From: Octopus sinensis
Taxonomy: Eukaryota
Direction: 5' to 3'
DNA length: 27,004 nucleotides
Assembly: GCF_006345805.1 (NCBI RefSeq)
Contig: NW_021834071.1
Location: forward strand, 1-27,004
In this document: piece after piece, positions 1 through 11,879 of the stretch
Position numbering within the stretch: the stretch's first letter is position 1
Layout: each line of letters starts with the position of its first letter
Notes under the pieces: generated by a model
What the model was told of the DNA's origin: nothing
The model's input: the letters and a program-made list of their open reading frames with translations, nothing else
Databases searched by the model: none
Made by a program: the position numbers and the translations under genes

Positions 1-269
1 CTGTTTTGCATATGTGAATTACAGGATATGTCGTATGTGGTGGGGTCTTATTTGTAGAAAACAGAAATAAACAGTCTTTGACTGCTATTTCTAATTTTTT
101 CGGTATGTGGCTAAACAACCTGTTGGCTGCCTTTTTTTTAATTTATATACAAAATATATATTGAACTTTTATAGAAGTTCCTACCGTTAATGGTTATATT
201 TACATGCCGAAATCTACCCGTAAATAATTGTGGGTGTTTTAAAAAACCAGAAAGGTTATTATTTACTCT

Positions 270-293
270 TATTATATATATAATATATATATG

Positions 294-329
<36 letters not shown>

Positions 330-330
330 A

Positions 331-371
<41 letters not shown>

Positions 372-800
372 ATATATATATATATATATATATGTAAATA
401 TATATATATATATATATGTAAATATATATATATATATATATGTAAATATATATACTCTTTTACTCTTTTACTTTGTTCAGCCATCCCGGCTGAGGCCATG
501 CTGGGGCACCGCAGTAAATTATATTATATATATATATATAATATATATATATATATCATATATATATATCTGTAAATATATAATATAGATATATATATAT
601 AATATATATATATATATAATATATAATATATATATATATTATATATATAGATATATGTAAATATATATTTGCATATATATTCATATATATTTGTATTTAT
701 ATATATCGATATTATAGTCTTTTATTTCTCATTTTATAGGTGTATATAATAAAATGTATACACACACACACACACACACACATAATATATATATATATAT
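270..800. repeat. Compound (TA)n microsatellite with GTAAATA variant units, ending in (CA)n(TA)n
   Basis: Direct reading. Interrupted by a SINE-B tail fragment at ~453-512. Confidence 0.95.
453..512 (-). mobile_element. SINE-B 3' tail fragment
   Basis: tactcttttactcttttac...ggccatgctggggcaccgc matches the tails of full SINE-B copies. Confidence 0.75.
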
Positions 801-823
801 TTTTTTTTTTCTGTATATATGTA

Positions 824-1050
824 TATTTCTTTATTGTCCACAGGGGGCTAAACATAGAGGGGACAAACAAGGACCGACAAACGGATTAAGTCGCTTGCAT
901 CGACCCAGTGCGTAACTGGTACTTATTTAATCGACCCCGAAAGGATGAAAGGCAAAGTCGACCTCGGCTGAATTTGAACTCAGAACGTAACGGCAGACGA
1001 AATACCGCTAAGCATTTCGTCCGGCGTGCTAACGTTTCTGCCAGCTCGCC
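824..1050 (-). mobile_element. SINE-A (tRNA-derived, ~230 bp), full length
   Basis: Reverse complement of head ggcgagctggcagaaacgttagc, B-box-like gagttcaaattc, core gcctttcatcctttcggggtcgat and tail aataaagaaata. Confidence 0.92.
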
Positions 1051-1063
1051 TTGTATATATATA

Positions 1064-1469
1064 TACTCTTTTACTCTTTTACTTGTTTCAGTCATTTGAC
1101 TGCGGCCATGATGGAGCACCACCTTTAATCGAGCAAATCGACCCCGGGAGTTATTCTTTTGTAAGCCCAGTACTTATTCTATCGGTCTCTTTTGCCGAAC
1201 CGCTAAGTAACGGGGACATAAGCACGCCAGCATCGGTTGTCAAGCAATGCTAGGGGGACAAACACAGGCACACAAACACACACACGCACATATATATATA
1301 TATATACGACAGGCTTCTTTCAGTTTCCGTCTACCAAATCCACTCACAAGGCATTGGTCGGCCCGGGGCTATAGTAGAAGACACTTGCCCAAGGTGCCAC
1401 GCAGTGGGACTAAACCCGGAACCATGCGGTTGGTTAGCAAGCTACTTACCACATAGCCACTCCTGCGCC
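1064..1469 (-). mobile_element. SINE-B (tRNA head, CORE-like accttgggcaagtg, ~400 bp), full length
   Basis: Head ggcgcaggagtggctatgtggtaag, internal TA/TG tract, gagtaaaa-repeat tail. Near-identical to several other copies in the window. Confidence 0.93.
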
Positions 1470-1838
1470 ATACGTGCATACATACATGTATATCTGCATT
1501 TCTATTTGGAAATATATCTTGTGCATGTGTACACCTGTGTATGTGTGTGTTGGTGCATAATGTTTAATCTTGTTATTAGATAAGCGATGCCTAGACAACC
1601 ACCGAACTAGCAGTTCGGCAGTTCCTCTCGTCACTTGTTTTTTTCGTCTTTGTAAAAATGTTATTTTGTCTTTTGCGTATTTGTATTACGAAGTCTACTT
1701 TCTCTTTTCTAAGTTTCATTGTTTCTTTCTTCCTTTTACTTATTATTTTAGGTATGTATTGGTAACAGTAGCACTACTACCACCAACGTCTCGACCAACA
1801 ACCACCTACATCATTATAATCACCAGAAGATATATTTA

Positions 1839-2065
1839 TATTTCTTTATTGACCACAAGGGGCTAAACATAGAGGGGACAAACAAGAACAGACAAAGGGA
1901 TTAAGTCGATTATATCGACCCCAGTGCGCAGCTGGTACTTTATTTATCGACCCCGAAAGGATGAAAGGCAAAGTCGACCTCGGCGGAATTTGAACTCACA
2001 ACCTAACGACGGACGAAATACGGCTACGCATTTCGCCCGGCGTGCTAACGTTTCTGCCAGCTCGC
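1839..2065 (-). mobile_element. SINE-A full length
   Basis: Aligns end to end with 824-1050. Confidence 0.92.
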
Positions 2066-2174
2066 ACCAGAAGATAAAAATAACCAACGTCCTCAACAAA
2101 AAAAGGGGGGAAAAACAAAAAAGAAAAAAAAGAAGAAAAGAGAAGAAAGAAAAAAATGAAGAGTTATCTTTGTG

Positions 2175-2620
<446 letters not shown>

Positions 2621-2680
2621 TGTTTTAGTTATATTAATTCATTCTTTATATAAATCTCGGTGAGACCTTACGTTTTCCAC

Positions 2681-2733
2681 AGAGGTGCTCCAGCATGACC
2701 ACAGCCGCATGGTTGAAACAAGTAAAAGAGTAT
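2681..2733 (+). mobile_element. SINE-B 3' tail fragment
   Basis: ggtgctccagcatgacc...gaaacaagtaaaagagta. Confidence 0.7.
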
Positions 2734-2801
2734 AGATAGTAGTGTGTGATTTGTAGGCCAAGCAACCGCATAGGCAACTTGTGGCCCGCCAGAGGATGAG
2801 C

Positions 2802-2970
2802 TGTTATGACTGTCTGGGCCTAAACGATGTATCTAGCTCACACACTTCGAATTACTACGTAGCATCACACAACTGAGGTCCATATGGCCCAGGGGTGGGG
2901 CTCTATATAAGATTCTTAGGGGTCCACGAAACCAAAATAGTAAATTGGGGATCCACAGAAGTATATTAAG
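2802..2970. repeat. Inverted copy of 3831-4025 (MITE end plus flank)
   Basis: Manual alignment. The left arm lacks ~31 bp (3932-3962), including the TIR tip. Confidence 0.85.
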
Positions 2971-3206
2971 TCTCATCTGGCCCACTTTCCGAAAAAGGTT
3001 GCGCATACGAAACGTAAACACAGACTTCCATGTTGTCTCATTTACATAGTATAGTTTGCTTGGTGTTAGCAGTTGAACAACAAAACACTTGACGCGGTTT
3101 CAAGTATTGAGAGTTCCCGAGATCAGTCGGTTCTTTTTTTTTTTTTCAGAGCTACCTGGTAGAATGTTAAGCCACGTTTTCTTCGCAAGCGATACTGAAC
3201 AGAGGT

Positions 3207-3437
3207 GGCGGCGAGCTGGCAGAACCGTTAGCACGTCGGGCGAAATGCGTAGCCGTATTTCATCTGCCGCTACGTTCTGAGTTCAAATTCCGCCGAGGTC
3301 GACTTTGCCTTTCATCCTCTCGGGGTCGATAAATTAAGTACCAGTTACGCACTGGGGTCGATGGAATCGACTTAATACCTATGTCTGTTCTTGTTTGTCC
3401 CATCTATGTTTAGCCCCTTGTGGGTAATAAAGAAATA
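3207..3437 (+). mobile_element. SINE-A full length
   Basis: ggcggcgagctggcagaaccgttagc...aataaagaaata. Confidence 0.92.
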
Positions 3438-3593
3438 GATACTAAACAGAGGTCGACAAAAATTAGGGTTATTTGGTACCGTACAAGACACTAAAAACAA
3501 ACAGGATTGAATTTATCTTTCTTTCGAGAATAGTTGGTGCGTCTGTGCGTGTGCGTGTGCGCGTGTGTGTGTGTGTGTTGCATCCGTATATGG

Positions 3594-3941
3594 TAATGGT
3601 TCTCAATTGCTTTTTTTTCCCTTTTAGCTATGGACCCCTTTCTTTACTATTTTACTCTGGTGGACCCTCATCACTACTTGAAGTTTAAAAACTGATTTTG
3701 TAGAAACTTCTTTCAAACTTCCTTTTTTGCTTCTCACACATTAACTTTTGTAGGCTGAGCTATGGAGAACGTTTGGGTGAGCTGTTTCTTGCTATAAATA
3801 CATATAAAGCAAAGATTTCTTTCATGGATCCTTGATATACTTCTGAGGATCCCCAGTTTTCTAATTTGGTTTCGTGAACCCCTAAGAATCTTATATAGAC
3901 CCCCACCCCTGGGTCATATGGACCTCAGTTGAGAACCACTT
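3594..3941. mobile_element. hAT (Charlie-type) MITE, old
   Basis: Ends taatggttctcaattg / cagttgagaaccactt resemble CAGTGGTTCTCAA-type TIRs. No recognisable TSD. Confidence 0.6.
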
Positions 3942-4092
3942 GTGCGGACAATGGTTGGATGGGTGATGCTACGTAGTAATTCGAAGTGTGTGAGCTAGAT
4001 ACATCGTTTAGGCCCAGTCATAGCATTCGTCTTGTCTGTCTCTACCTATCTGTCTGCCTGTCTGTCTGTCTGTCTTTCTGTCTGTATCTATC

Positions 4093-4123
<31 letters not shown>

Positions 4124-4126
<3 letters not shown>

Positions 4127-4303
4127 CGTGGTCTAGTCGTTAGGGTACAGCACTCACGTTCGTAAGCTCGTGGCTTCAAGTCTCAGATCCCTGATGCGTT
4201 ATCTTCTCGAGCGAGGCGCACCATTGCACGTTACTCTAATCCAGGGTTCTCCAAAGTGGTCGACATCAAGGGGTGGATTAATGCTTGGAAACTGCACATC
4301 TAC

Positions 4304-4350
<47 letters not shown>

Positions 4351-4480
4351 CATTATTATTATTTATTTTCTTGCACATGCCTGGAAGTCGGTTGAGGGGG
4401 TCAAGGATTCCATGAAGGGGTCCATTGTCTAAAAGGTTTGCAGTCCCCTGTTGTAAACTACCCAGCTGTAAATGGCTAAC
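4124..4480 (+). mobile_element. Degenerate tRNA-headed SINE (family D) split by a MITE at 4242-4450
   Basis: Head gcgcgtggtctagtcgttagggt. Core ctacccagctgtaaatgg resumes after 4450. Confidence 0.5.
4242..4450. mobile_element. Probable hAT-type MITE containing (TTA)n
   Basis: Imperfect TIRs cagggttctccaaa / tttgcagtcccctg. The 8-bp flanks ctctaatc / ttgtaaac match 5/8. Confidence 0.45.
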
Positions 4481-4863
4481 TCTGATTGGCGATCCGATTG
4501 AATGTGGACCTGCTCACCTTGCCTGTAGATCGGCATCATTCGAAGGTTACAGCAATGCCGGGAAGCGAATAACTCATATTCTAGTCTCTACTTAAACATT
4601 GCTTCTCCACGAAGTAATCATCTAAAGGCAGTACTCTATTTTAATTGAAATCACACTAAAGTTTCTTATAGACCAGGTAAAAACTTGTTAAAATTGCTCC
4701 TTAAAAAATAGAATTTTAAACTTAAAAACATATATTTCTAACATTGATCTATGACTACTGGTGTGTTCCATCATTACATATTCTTACTCCAAGTTGGATC
4801 CTATAGAACTAGAATACTACAAACATGACATTTTTTCAGTATTTTCAAAACCCTCGACTAAAC

Positions 4864-4995
4864 TAGTGGCGTAGCGCGGAGTGTGCGGGGTGTGCGAACC
4901 ACTCAGGGTGGCCACTTTATATACATGTATTCGTACTAGTCGAAAGTATGTTGCGTTGAAGGAAGGGGTAAGCCGAAACCCTTGTTACGCTTCTG
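4864..4995. mobile_element. Small hAT-like MITE (132 bp)
   Basis: Imperfect TIRs tagtggcgtagc / gttacgcttctg. The 8-bp flanks gactaaac / cgctaaac match 6/8. Confidence 0.5.
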
Positions 4996-5109
4996 CGCTA
5001 AACGTGTTTGCTGGGCATTTTTGTAAAACGCGTCCCAACTAACTTCATCTTCCCTACTTTGTTTCTTCCCTGAATGCTTTAAGTATGACTTTGTAAGTTT
5101 GTATTCCGG

Positions 5110-5240
5110 AAATAGTTTGGAAGAATTGTTAAAGCATCGGACAAAATACTCTGCAGCATTTAGTTACGTCTCTTACATTTCTGAGTTTAAATCCCTTCGC
5201 AGCCGATAAAGTCTTGCATCGGGATCGATTGAAATCCCTA
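5110..5240 (+). mobile_element. Highly diverged SINE-A-related relic
   Basis: aagcatcggacaaaatactctgcagcattt...ttctgagtttaaatccc resembles the SINE-A head. Confidence 0.4.
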
Positions 5241-5551
5241 TAATGCATTCTAAGTGTGAATAGAATCATAATGGATGGAAAATAACTTTTCACTAATGTA
5301 ACATACGGAATCGCGCGGACTGTTAGAAATGGTAACCAAATCTCTCTCTCTGCTCAAACTTCACCGCCATAAAAAGTGGATACGCTTTAGATAATGTAGA
5401 TCTGGATATCACTAAACGAAGCAGAATGAGCAAGGCTTGAATGCCTCTGCTCAGTTCTACTCAAACGCAGTTGATCTGGAACTAATTTCCAACTACATGA
5501 GTATATAGTAGAGACATGCAATTCCCGAGAAAAGACCGGAATTCTGATGGT

Positions 5552-5782
5552 TTACTCTTTTATTCTTTTAATTGTTTCAGTCCTTTGACTGTGGCCATGC
5601 CGGAGCATGGCCTTTTAGTCGAAGAAATCGCCCCCAGGACTTATTCTTTGTAAGCCTGGTACTTATTCTATCGGTGTCTTTGCCGAACCGCTAAGTGACG
5701 GGGACGTAAATACACCAACATCGATTGTCAAGCAATGGAGGAAGGACAAACACAGACACAAATACACACACATAAACACAAA

Positions 5783-5821
<39 letters not shown>

Positions 5822-5977
5822 GACGGGCTTCTTTCAGTTTCTATTTAGCAAATCCACTCACAAGGCTTTGGTCGGCCCGAGGCTATAGTAGAAGATGCTT
5901 GCCCAAGGTGCCACGCGGTGGGACTGAACCCGGAGACATGTGGCTGGGAAGCCAGCTTCTTACCACACAACCACGCC
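5552..5977 (-). mobile_element. SINE-B (short-head variant)
   Basis: Aligns with other B copies. Head reads ggcgtggttgtgtgg. Confidence 0.9.
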
Positions 5978-5981
5978 TTGG

Positions 5982-6398
5982 TTTACTCTTACTCTTTACT
6001 CTTTTACTTGTTTCAGTCATTTGACTGCGGCCATGCTGGAGCATCGCCTTTTTAAAAGAGCAACTCGACCCTGGGACTTATTCCTTTGTAAGCCCAGTAC
6101 TTATTCTATCGGTCTCTTTTGCCGAACCGCTAAGTAACGGGGACATAAACACACCGGCATCGGTTGTCAAGCAATGCTGGGGGGACAAACACAGACACAC
6201 AAACATATACACACACATACATATATATATATACATATATACGACGGGCTTCTTTCAGTTTCCGTCTATCAAATCCCCTCACAAGGCTTTGGTCGGCCCG
6301 AGGCTATAGTAGAAGACACTTGCCCAAGGTGCCACGCAGTGGGACTGAACCCGGAACCATGTGGTTGGGAAGCAAGCATCTTACCACACAGCTACGCC
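5982..6398 (-). mobile_element. SINE-B (short-head variant), tandem with the previous copy
   Basis: Aligns with other B copies. Both copies are followed by ttggttt. Confidence 0.9.
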
Positions 6399-6537
6399 TT
6401 GGTTTGAATACTTTTTGAACATACGTCTGATCAGTCATGATTGAGCTGGGCTTAAACAGCAACAATAAGGGGGCAGCAACAAAACAAGCAGTAATGGAAC
6501 ACAAAACGCTCAGAGATGAAACTCAGCACTTTTGATT

Positions 6538-6608
6538 CTGTCACTCACCCTGCTAGAAATAGCAGCCAAATCTTTCACACCCTACTTTATGACCATCCTA
6601 TAGGTCAA
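6538..6608. repeat. 71-bp repeat fragment, inverted near-identical copy of 12367-12437
   Basis: 69/71 identity by manual alignment. The motif gatttggctgctatttctagcag also occurs diverged at ~7385-7440. Confidence 0.85.
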
Positions 6609-6988
6609 TTTTGACTGCAGAGCTGTACAGTTTCTTCTACTCAGTACTAAACAAACGTTTATCGCAAAAAGAAAGTGTGTTTGTATACTAGATTCCTAAG
6701 GTTTTAGAAGACAGTTTCAGGTAGAATTTCGGTTGTTGTATTGAAATAACTTAGATAATGGATTTTTTTCCCTTTGTTTGTTTTAATGCGTCAGACTAGT
6801 TTGGTTGTCGTTATTAATAGCTACTGTCATCGCAACCTTTCTTCTATTGCTACAATTAATTGGATGGTGTTGATAAGCTCTGCTCAAACAATACACTCGC
6901 CTGTCATCAGTTGTAGTATTTTGTTTGACACCAGCATATAAAGCTATGCGGAAGAACAACTGTTGCCGAAAGTTTCGTATATCTCGCC

Positions 6989-7232
6989 ATACATACATAC
7001 GTACATACATACATACATACATACATACATACTACATACATACATACATACATACATACTTGTGTGCATGCATACATACCTACATACATACATACATACA
7101 TGTGTGCATGCATACATACATACATACATACATACATACATACATACATACATACATACATACATACATACATACATACATTATATATGTATATATATGT
7201 TTAAACACACACACAATATATATATATATATA
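6989..7232. repeat. (TACA)n microsatellite followed by (TA)n
   Basis: Direct reading. Confidence 0.97.
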
Positions 7233-7721
7233 TGGATGACTGTATTACATCAACTGAAAATGCACTTTGTCTATTAGGTGCATTAACTCAGACAATCATA
7301 ATTTGTTTCCCATTTGTTTAGTCTCATTGAATATACCAGCTGCTACTCATAGTAGCCAAAACAGATGACATTCTTCTATCTCTTTTTCAAGACAGTAAGG
7401 TGTGATTTGAGAGAAATTTGGTTGCTGTTTCTAGTAGTCTATGATTCCTCATTGATCCTGATGAATTTATTTCCAGGTCGAAACTGCTAATGTCCTTTGG
7501 GGGGAAAATAGGACAATATAAATTTAATTTTCTCCGTCCATGTAATGTTTTTATGTATGAGTAAACGTAAATAACAATGTCAGATAAACCCTCAAACAAA
7601 CCCAGCGGGCAACAAGTTTTCTTCACTAATTACTCGAGTAATCTTTATAAGTGCATAACCATTTTGGAATCTCATTTTCCCTCCTTTACTAATAAGAGCT
7701 TTTCTACCCATGTAAGAAATC

Positions 7722-7918
7722 ATTAATATTGGTTTCAAATTTTGGCACAAGGCCAGAAATCTAGGGAGAGTGGTGAGTCGATTACATCGACTCCAGTGCT
7801 CAATTGGTACTTATTTATCAACCTTAAAAGAATGAAAGCAAAGTTGACCTCAGCGGAATTTGAACTCATAACGTAAAAACAAACGAAATGCCACTAAGCA
7901 TTCTGTCAGCTCGCCGCC
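7722..7918 (-). mobile_element. SINE-A-related older subfamily (tail ggccttgtgccaaaatttgaaaccaatattaa)
   Basis: Same head and core as SINE-A with a different tail, which is shared with the copy ending at 12250. Confidence 0.8.
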
Positions 7919-8062
7919 TTGCAAAGAAATCATTGATATTAATCAACATTTGAGAGAGCGCAGGTAAAATCAACCGAGCATCGGAAATTTTAGTTATGTC
8001 ACTTTATACATTCTGAGTTGAAATTATCTTCCCTTTTATGTTGCCAGTCAAAATATTAGGAA

Positions 8063-8452
8063 GAATGGATGAAAAGGCTAAGTTGACCTCGGTGGAATTT
8101 GAACTCAGAACATGAAGATGTACGAAATGCCACTAAGCATTTTACCCGTCGTGCTAACGATCCTGCCAGCTCGCCGCCAGTTCTGAAAAAAATCGGTAAA
8201 TTCGACAAGGGGTCGGAATCTAAGCTTTTTATATGCAACACATTTTCCGTTGTAGTTTTCGCAACTTGCAATTGATTTTCACCAAACTCATGGTGAAGCT
8301 TAATGTTACCCTAAGGAACTTAATTCTGACGTTAGTTTTCCATGCAATACCTTACCATCAGAAAAAATTGATAAAATCATGCCATTTTGGGAAATCGCGT
8401 TCAAATTCAAGATGACATATTTTCGACAATATCTTTAACAAATTGGCAGGAA
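8063..8452. repeat. 390-bp inverted duplicate of 11605-11994 (SINE-A head plus adjacent Helitron-associated sequence)
   Basis: About 6 substitutions and 2 single-base indels by manual alignment. Confidence 0.95.
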
Positions 8453-8513
8453 AAACACTTTTCCATCCTCCACAACTAGTGGTGCTTTGCTGTTATTAGA
8501 AATAAATGTAGGG

Positions 8514-8735
8514 CAATGGGTTGGCTAAATCATTAAAGCGTCGGACAAAAAAACAAAATAAAAACAAACTTTGTGGTATTTAGATATAACCCTTTACGTT
8601 TCGAGTTCTAATCTCTATGAGGTCAACTTTGTCTTTGATACTTCTAGGGTCGATAAAATAATGTATCAACCTTCTGAGGTACTTTATCCCTCCCCAAAAT
8701 AGTGGCCTTATTGTCCTATTAGAAACCAATATTAT
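8514..8735 (+). mobile_element. Highly diverged SINE-A-related copy
   Basis: gaggtcaactttgtctttgatacttctagggtcgataaaataa core and tail agaaaccaatatt. Confidence 0.55.
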
Positions 8736-8990
8736 TGTTCGGAAGGTTGGGGGTAGTGGTAAGAACGGTAGAGGGGCGGATTAAATACCTTGCAATATAG
8801 TATTTGAGCTTCGTGCTTCTATATTGCCTCTCATTCTTCTGTGATTGATAAATGTGAGAGATATGCATAATGGATCAATTCAATCGATTCTATTAGAGAG
8901 CAGAAAGCAGTTAGCTCCCAGTGAGATGAATCTACGAACCGATTTCAATTTCTGGTCGTTGCTTTATCACTTCACATATATCTCTAATGT

Positions 8991-9356
8991 GTGGAGGTGC
9001 AATGGCCCAGTGGTTAGGGCAGCGGACTCGCGGTCATAGGATCGCGGTTTCGATTCCCAGACCGGGCGTTGTGAGTGTTTATTGAGCGAAAACACCTAAA
9101 GCTCCACGAGGCTCCGGCAGGGGATGGTGGTGATCCCTGCTGTACTCTTTCACCACAATTTTCTCTCACTCTTACTTCTTGTTTCTGTTGTACCTGTATT
9201 TCAAAGGGCCGGCCTTGTCACTCTCTGTGTCACGCTGAATATCCCCGAGAACTACGTTAAGGGTACACGTGTCTGTGGAGTGCTCAGCCACTTACACGTT
9301 AATTTCACGAGCAGGCTGTTCCGTTGATTCGCAACCGACGGAGTGCTTCCATTCCC
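8991..9356 (+). mobile_element. SINE-C (tRNA-derived, ~390 bp when complete), young, with 11-bp TSD
   Basis: A box tggcccagtggttagg and B box gtttcgattccc. TSD atctctaatgt at 8980-8990 and 9357-9367. Short deletion near the 3' end. Confidence 0.93.
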
Positions 9357-9625
9357 ATCTCTAATGTCTTCAAGAAAGGCAATGGACATCGGAATCTTGT
9401 TACCCATCCTCGAAGAAGCCTGGCTTTTAGTCTAAACAAAATCCACAGATTGTTGGTAGCTATGAATACTAATTGTATGAAATATTGCAAGAATACACAG
9501 AATAACCATCACGTAAAAGTTTAAAGGAAAATCGGAATCTAATGAGCTTTCAATTCAGAACAGGAAGTTGTTGATGCTTAACCCAGATTATTTCGGATTG
9601 AGTAAATCCAGTCTCGACTACCATA

Positions 9626-10032
9626 TACTCTTACTCTTTTTTTTACTCTTTTACATGTTTCAGTCATTTGACTGCGGCCATGCTGGAGCACCGCATTTAG
9701 TCGAGCAAATCGACCCCGGGACTTTGTAAGCCCAGTACTTTGTAAGCCCAGTACTTTGTAAGCCCAGTACTTATTCTATCGGTCTCTGTTGCCGAACCGC
9801 TAAGTGACGGGGACGTAAACACACCAGCATCGGTTGTCAAGCAATGCTAGGGATACAAACACAGACACACAAACACACACACACGCACACACATATATAT
9901 ATACGACTGGCTTCTTTCAGTTTCCGTCTACCAAATCCACTCACAAGACACTTGCCTAAGATGCCACGCAGTGGGACTGAACCCGGAACCATGTGGTTGG
10001 GTAGCAAGCTACTTACCACACAGCCACTCCTG
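9626..10032 (-). mobile_element. SINE-B with internal 16-bp triplication and ~30-bp deletion
   Basis: actttgtaagcccagt x3 at 9721-9768. Junction ctcacaag|acacttgcc lacks the usual intervening segment. Confidence 0.9.
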
Positions 10033-10469
10033 TAGATCTCTACAAAATAAAATAGTGAGTAATAGTATCCAAAGCATCCCTTTACTTACTAAAGATAACA
10101 GGGTGTTATTTGAGAAAGATTTTGACTACTGTCACGTAATGGTCCAATCGTTGCTTACTACGCCAGAATGCTGAGTTAGCTGTAAAAATGTTTCCATCAC
10201 TTACTCACTCGCCTGCCTTTTATTGGTTAAATTGCTTTCTGATGTCTAGTTCAACCCTGCCTAATCTGATCTCATTGCTGGGTCGATTTTGCTTACAATC
10301 ATTGAAGTGTTTGTCAAATATGTGTCAGCAATGTACTACAACTGATTTAATTATATAGTCTTGCTCCTTCTTAAAGATGCATGACAACGGAGGAAATGGT
10401 AAAGGTGTTAGAAATAGGACTAGCTCTGTAGTTCATTTTGATTCTTTTTCTCGATTCATATATCTGCAA

Positions 10470-11879
10470 CTAGCAGCATAACCCGGCGTTGCCCGGGTAT
10501 GTAACCAACTTTGTCGATAAGCAATGCCCTTTACCTTTTTAACCTTTTTTGTACTCATTGAACCGTTATTTTGTAAAATGAAGCCTAAAAGTCATTAAGG
10601 CATTCAAGGCACCGTTCCCTTTGCATGCATAAAGAAAATCTATGACAGTCAAAGTGCATTTTCTGGTTTTGTTTAGCACACCCAACCCAGTTACGTGGGG
10701 GTAAGTATCCCAAAATGTATCAAAATGTACATAAACGGAAAAAAAGCGGGCAGCAGTGTGAGTGACAACAACGAAAAAGCGAAAAGTGGCCAAACTGAAC
10801 AAACGAATGGAAAAGGGCTTTTGGTGCAAGACTTTGCAAGTAGCGTCCGAGGACCCTTAGGGTACGTCAAAAATTTAAGGTAAAATGTTTGGGGTGGTAT
10901 AATGAAAGTTTAAACAAAAAAAATATTCGAATAACTTGCGGCTGCAGCAGCGATTAGCAGAAGTAGGCCAACGTGTGAAGCGAGCTGGTGTGAACCGAGA
11001 GAAGAAGTGGGAGTCACAAACTATACGCGCACAACTGAGTGTGTCAGTGCATGTGATTGGCCAAAGGGTGTTTAATTGAGAGCATTGTTCACCGTTTGGG
11101 GAGCCAATGGGAAGAGCTGCAATCATCGTGTCAAGGGCACGCACGCACGTGCGCACACAACCGCAAACGCATCTACAGCCCGACATTGCTCGGATTTGAA
11201 GCAAAAGGAAAACATATGCCATTTCTAGTAACCTTTATGATAAAAGCGGCAAAAATTGACTAAATCGCCTGAAATCCGCCTACTATTTAACAAAAGTCAG
11301 TTTTGTAGGGTTCGCATGGTCGGTCTCAAAGTGATATGGTTTTGTCGATTTCTCCCAATACTTGTTAACTGCATTGACAAATGGTCGTTAGTTTGACATT
11401 TAATGCAAACTTGATGTCCAACATCGGTGTAGGGAAAATCTATGTGAACTTTCAAAAAATATCGCAGAAAAATCGGTTTGCTATGTGTGCCACATATGAT
11501 GTAATTAACCGATTTTTTCCAGTAGTAACGTATCCTATTGGAATCAAAAGGGCCATATAGCTCCTTGGAGCAGACATGATGCTCGCTGTGAATTTCAAAA
11601 ATAATTCCTGCCAATTTGTTAAAGATATTGTCGAAAATATGTCATCTTGAATTTGAACGCGATTTCCCAAAATGGCATGATTTTATCGATTTTTTCTGAT
11701 GGTAAGGTATTGCATGGAAAACTAACGTCAGAATTAAGTTCCTTAGGGTAACATTAAACTTCACCATGAGTTTGGTGAAAATCGATTGCAAGTTGCGAAA
11801 ACTACAACGGAAAATGTGTTGCATATGATAAGCTTAGATTCTCGACCCCTTGTCGAATTTATCGATTTTTTTCAGAACT
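10470..11879 (-). mobile_element. Probable non-autonomous Helitron (3' end clear, 5' extent uncertain)
   Basis: Minus strand reads cccgggcaacgccggg (hairpin 10482-10497), ttatgctg, CTAG|T: a canonical Helitron 3' end at 10470. No TC 5' end found. The right boundary is set by the SINE at 11880. Confidence 0.55.

Noticed and set aside
1601-1620. Short hairpins and palindromes (ccgaact-agc-agttcgg, attactcgagtaat ~7630, tcaagaa/ttcttga ~16470)
   Set aside because: Stems of 7 bp are expected by chance in 27 kb.
8991-9070. SINE heads as real tRNA genes (also 14910-14989 and 24477-24556)
   Set aside because: They have A/B boxes but no complete cloverleaf, and they continue into a shared SINE body bounded by TSDs.
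9721-9768. 16-bp x3 direct repeat as a CRISPR-like or regulatory array
   Set aside because: No spacers. It is slippage within a SINE-B, and the context is eukaryotic.
10566-11670. ORFs of 62-115 aa inside the putative Helitron
   Set aside because: No Rep (HUH) or helicase motifs, and no recognisable domain.
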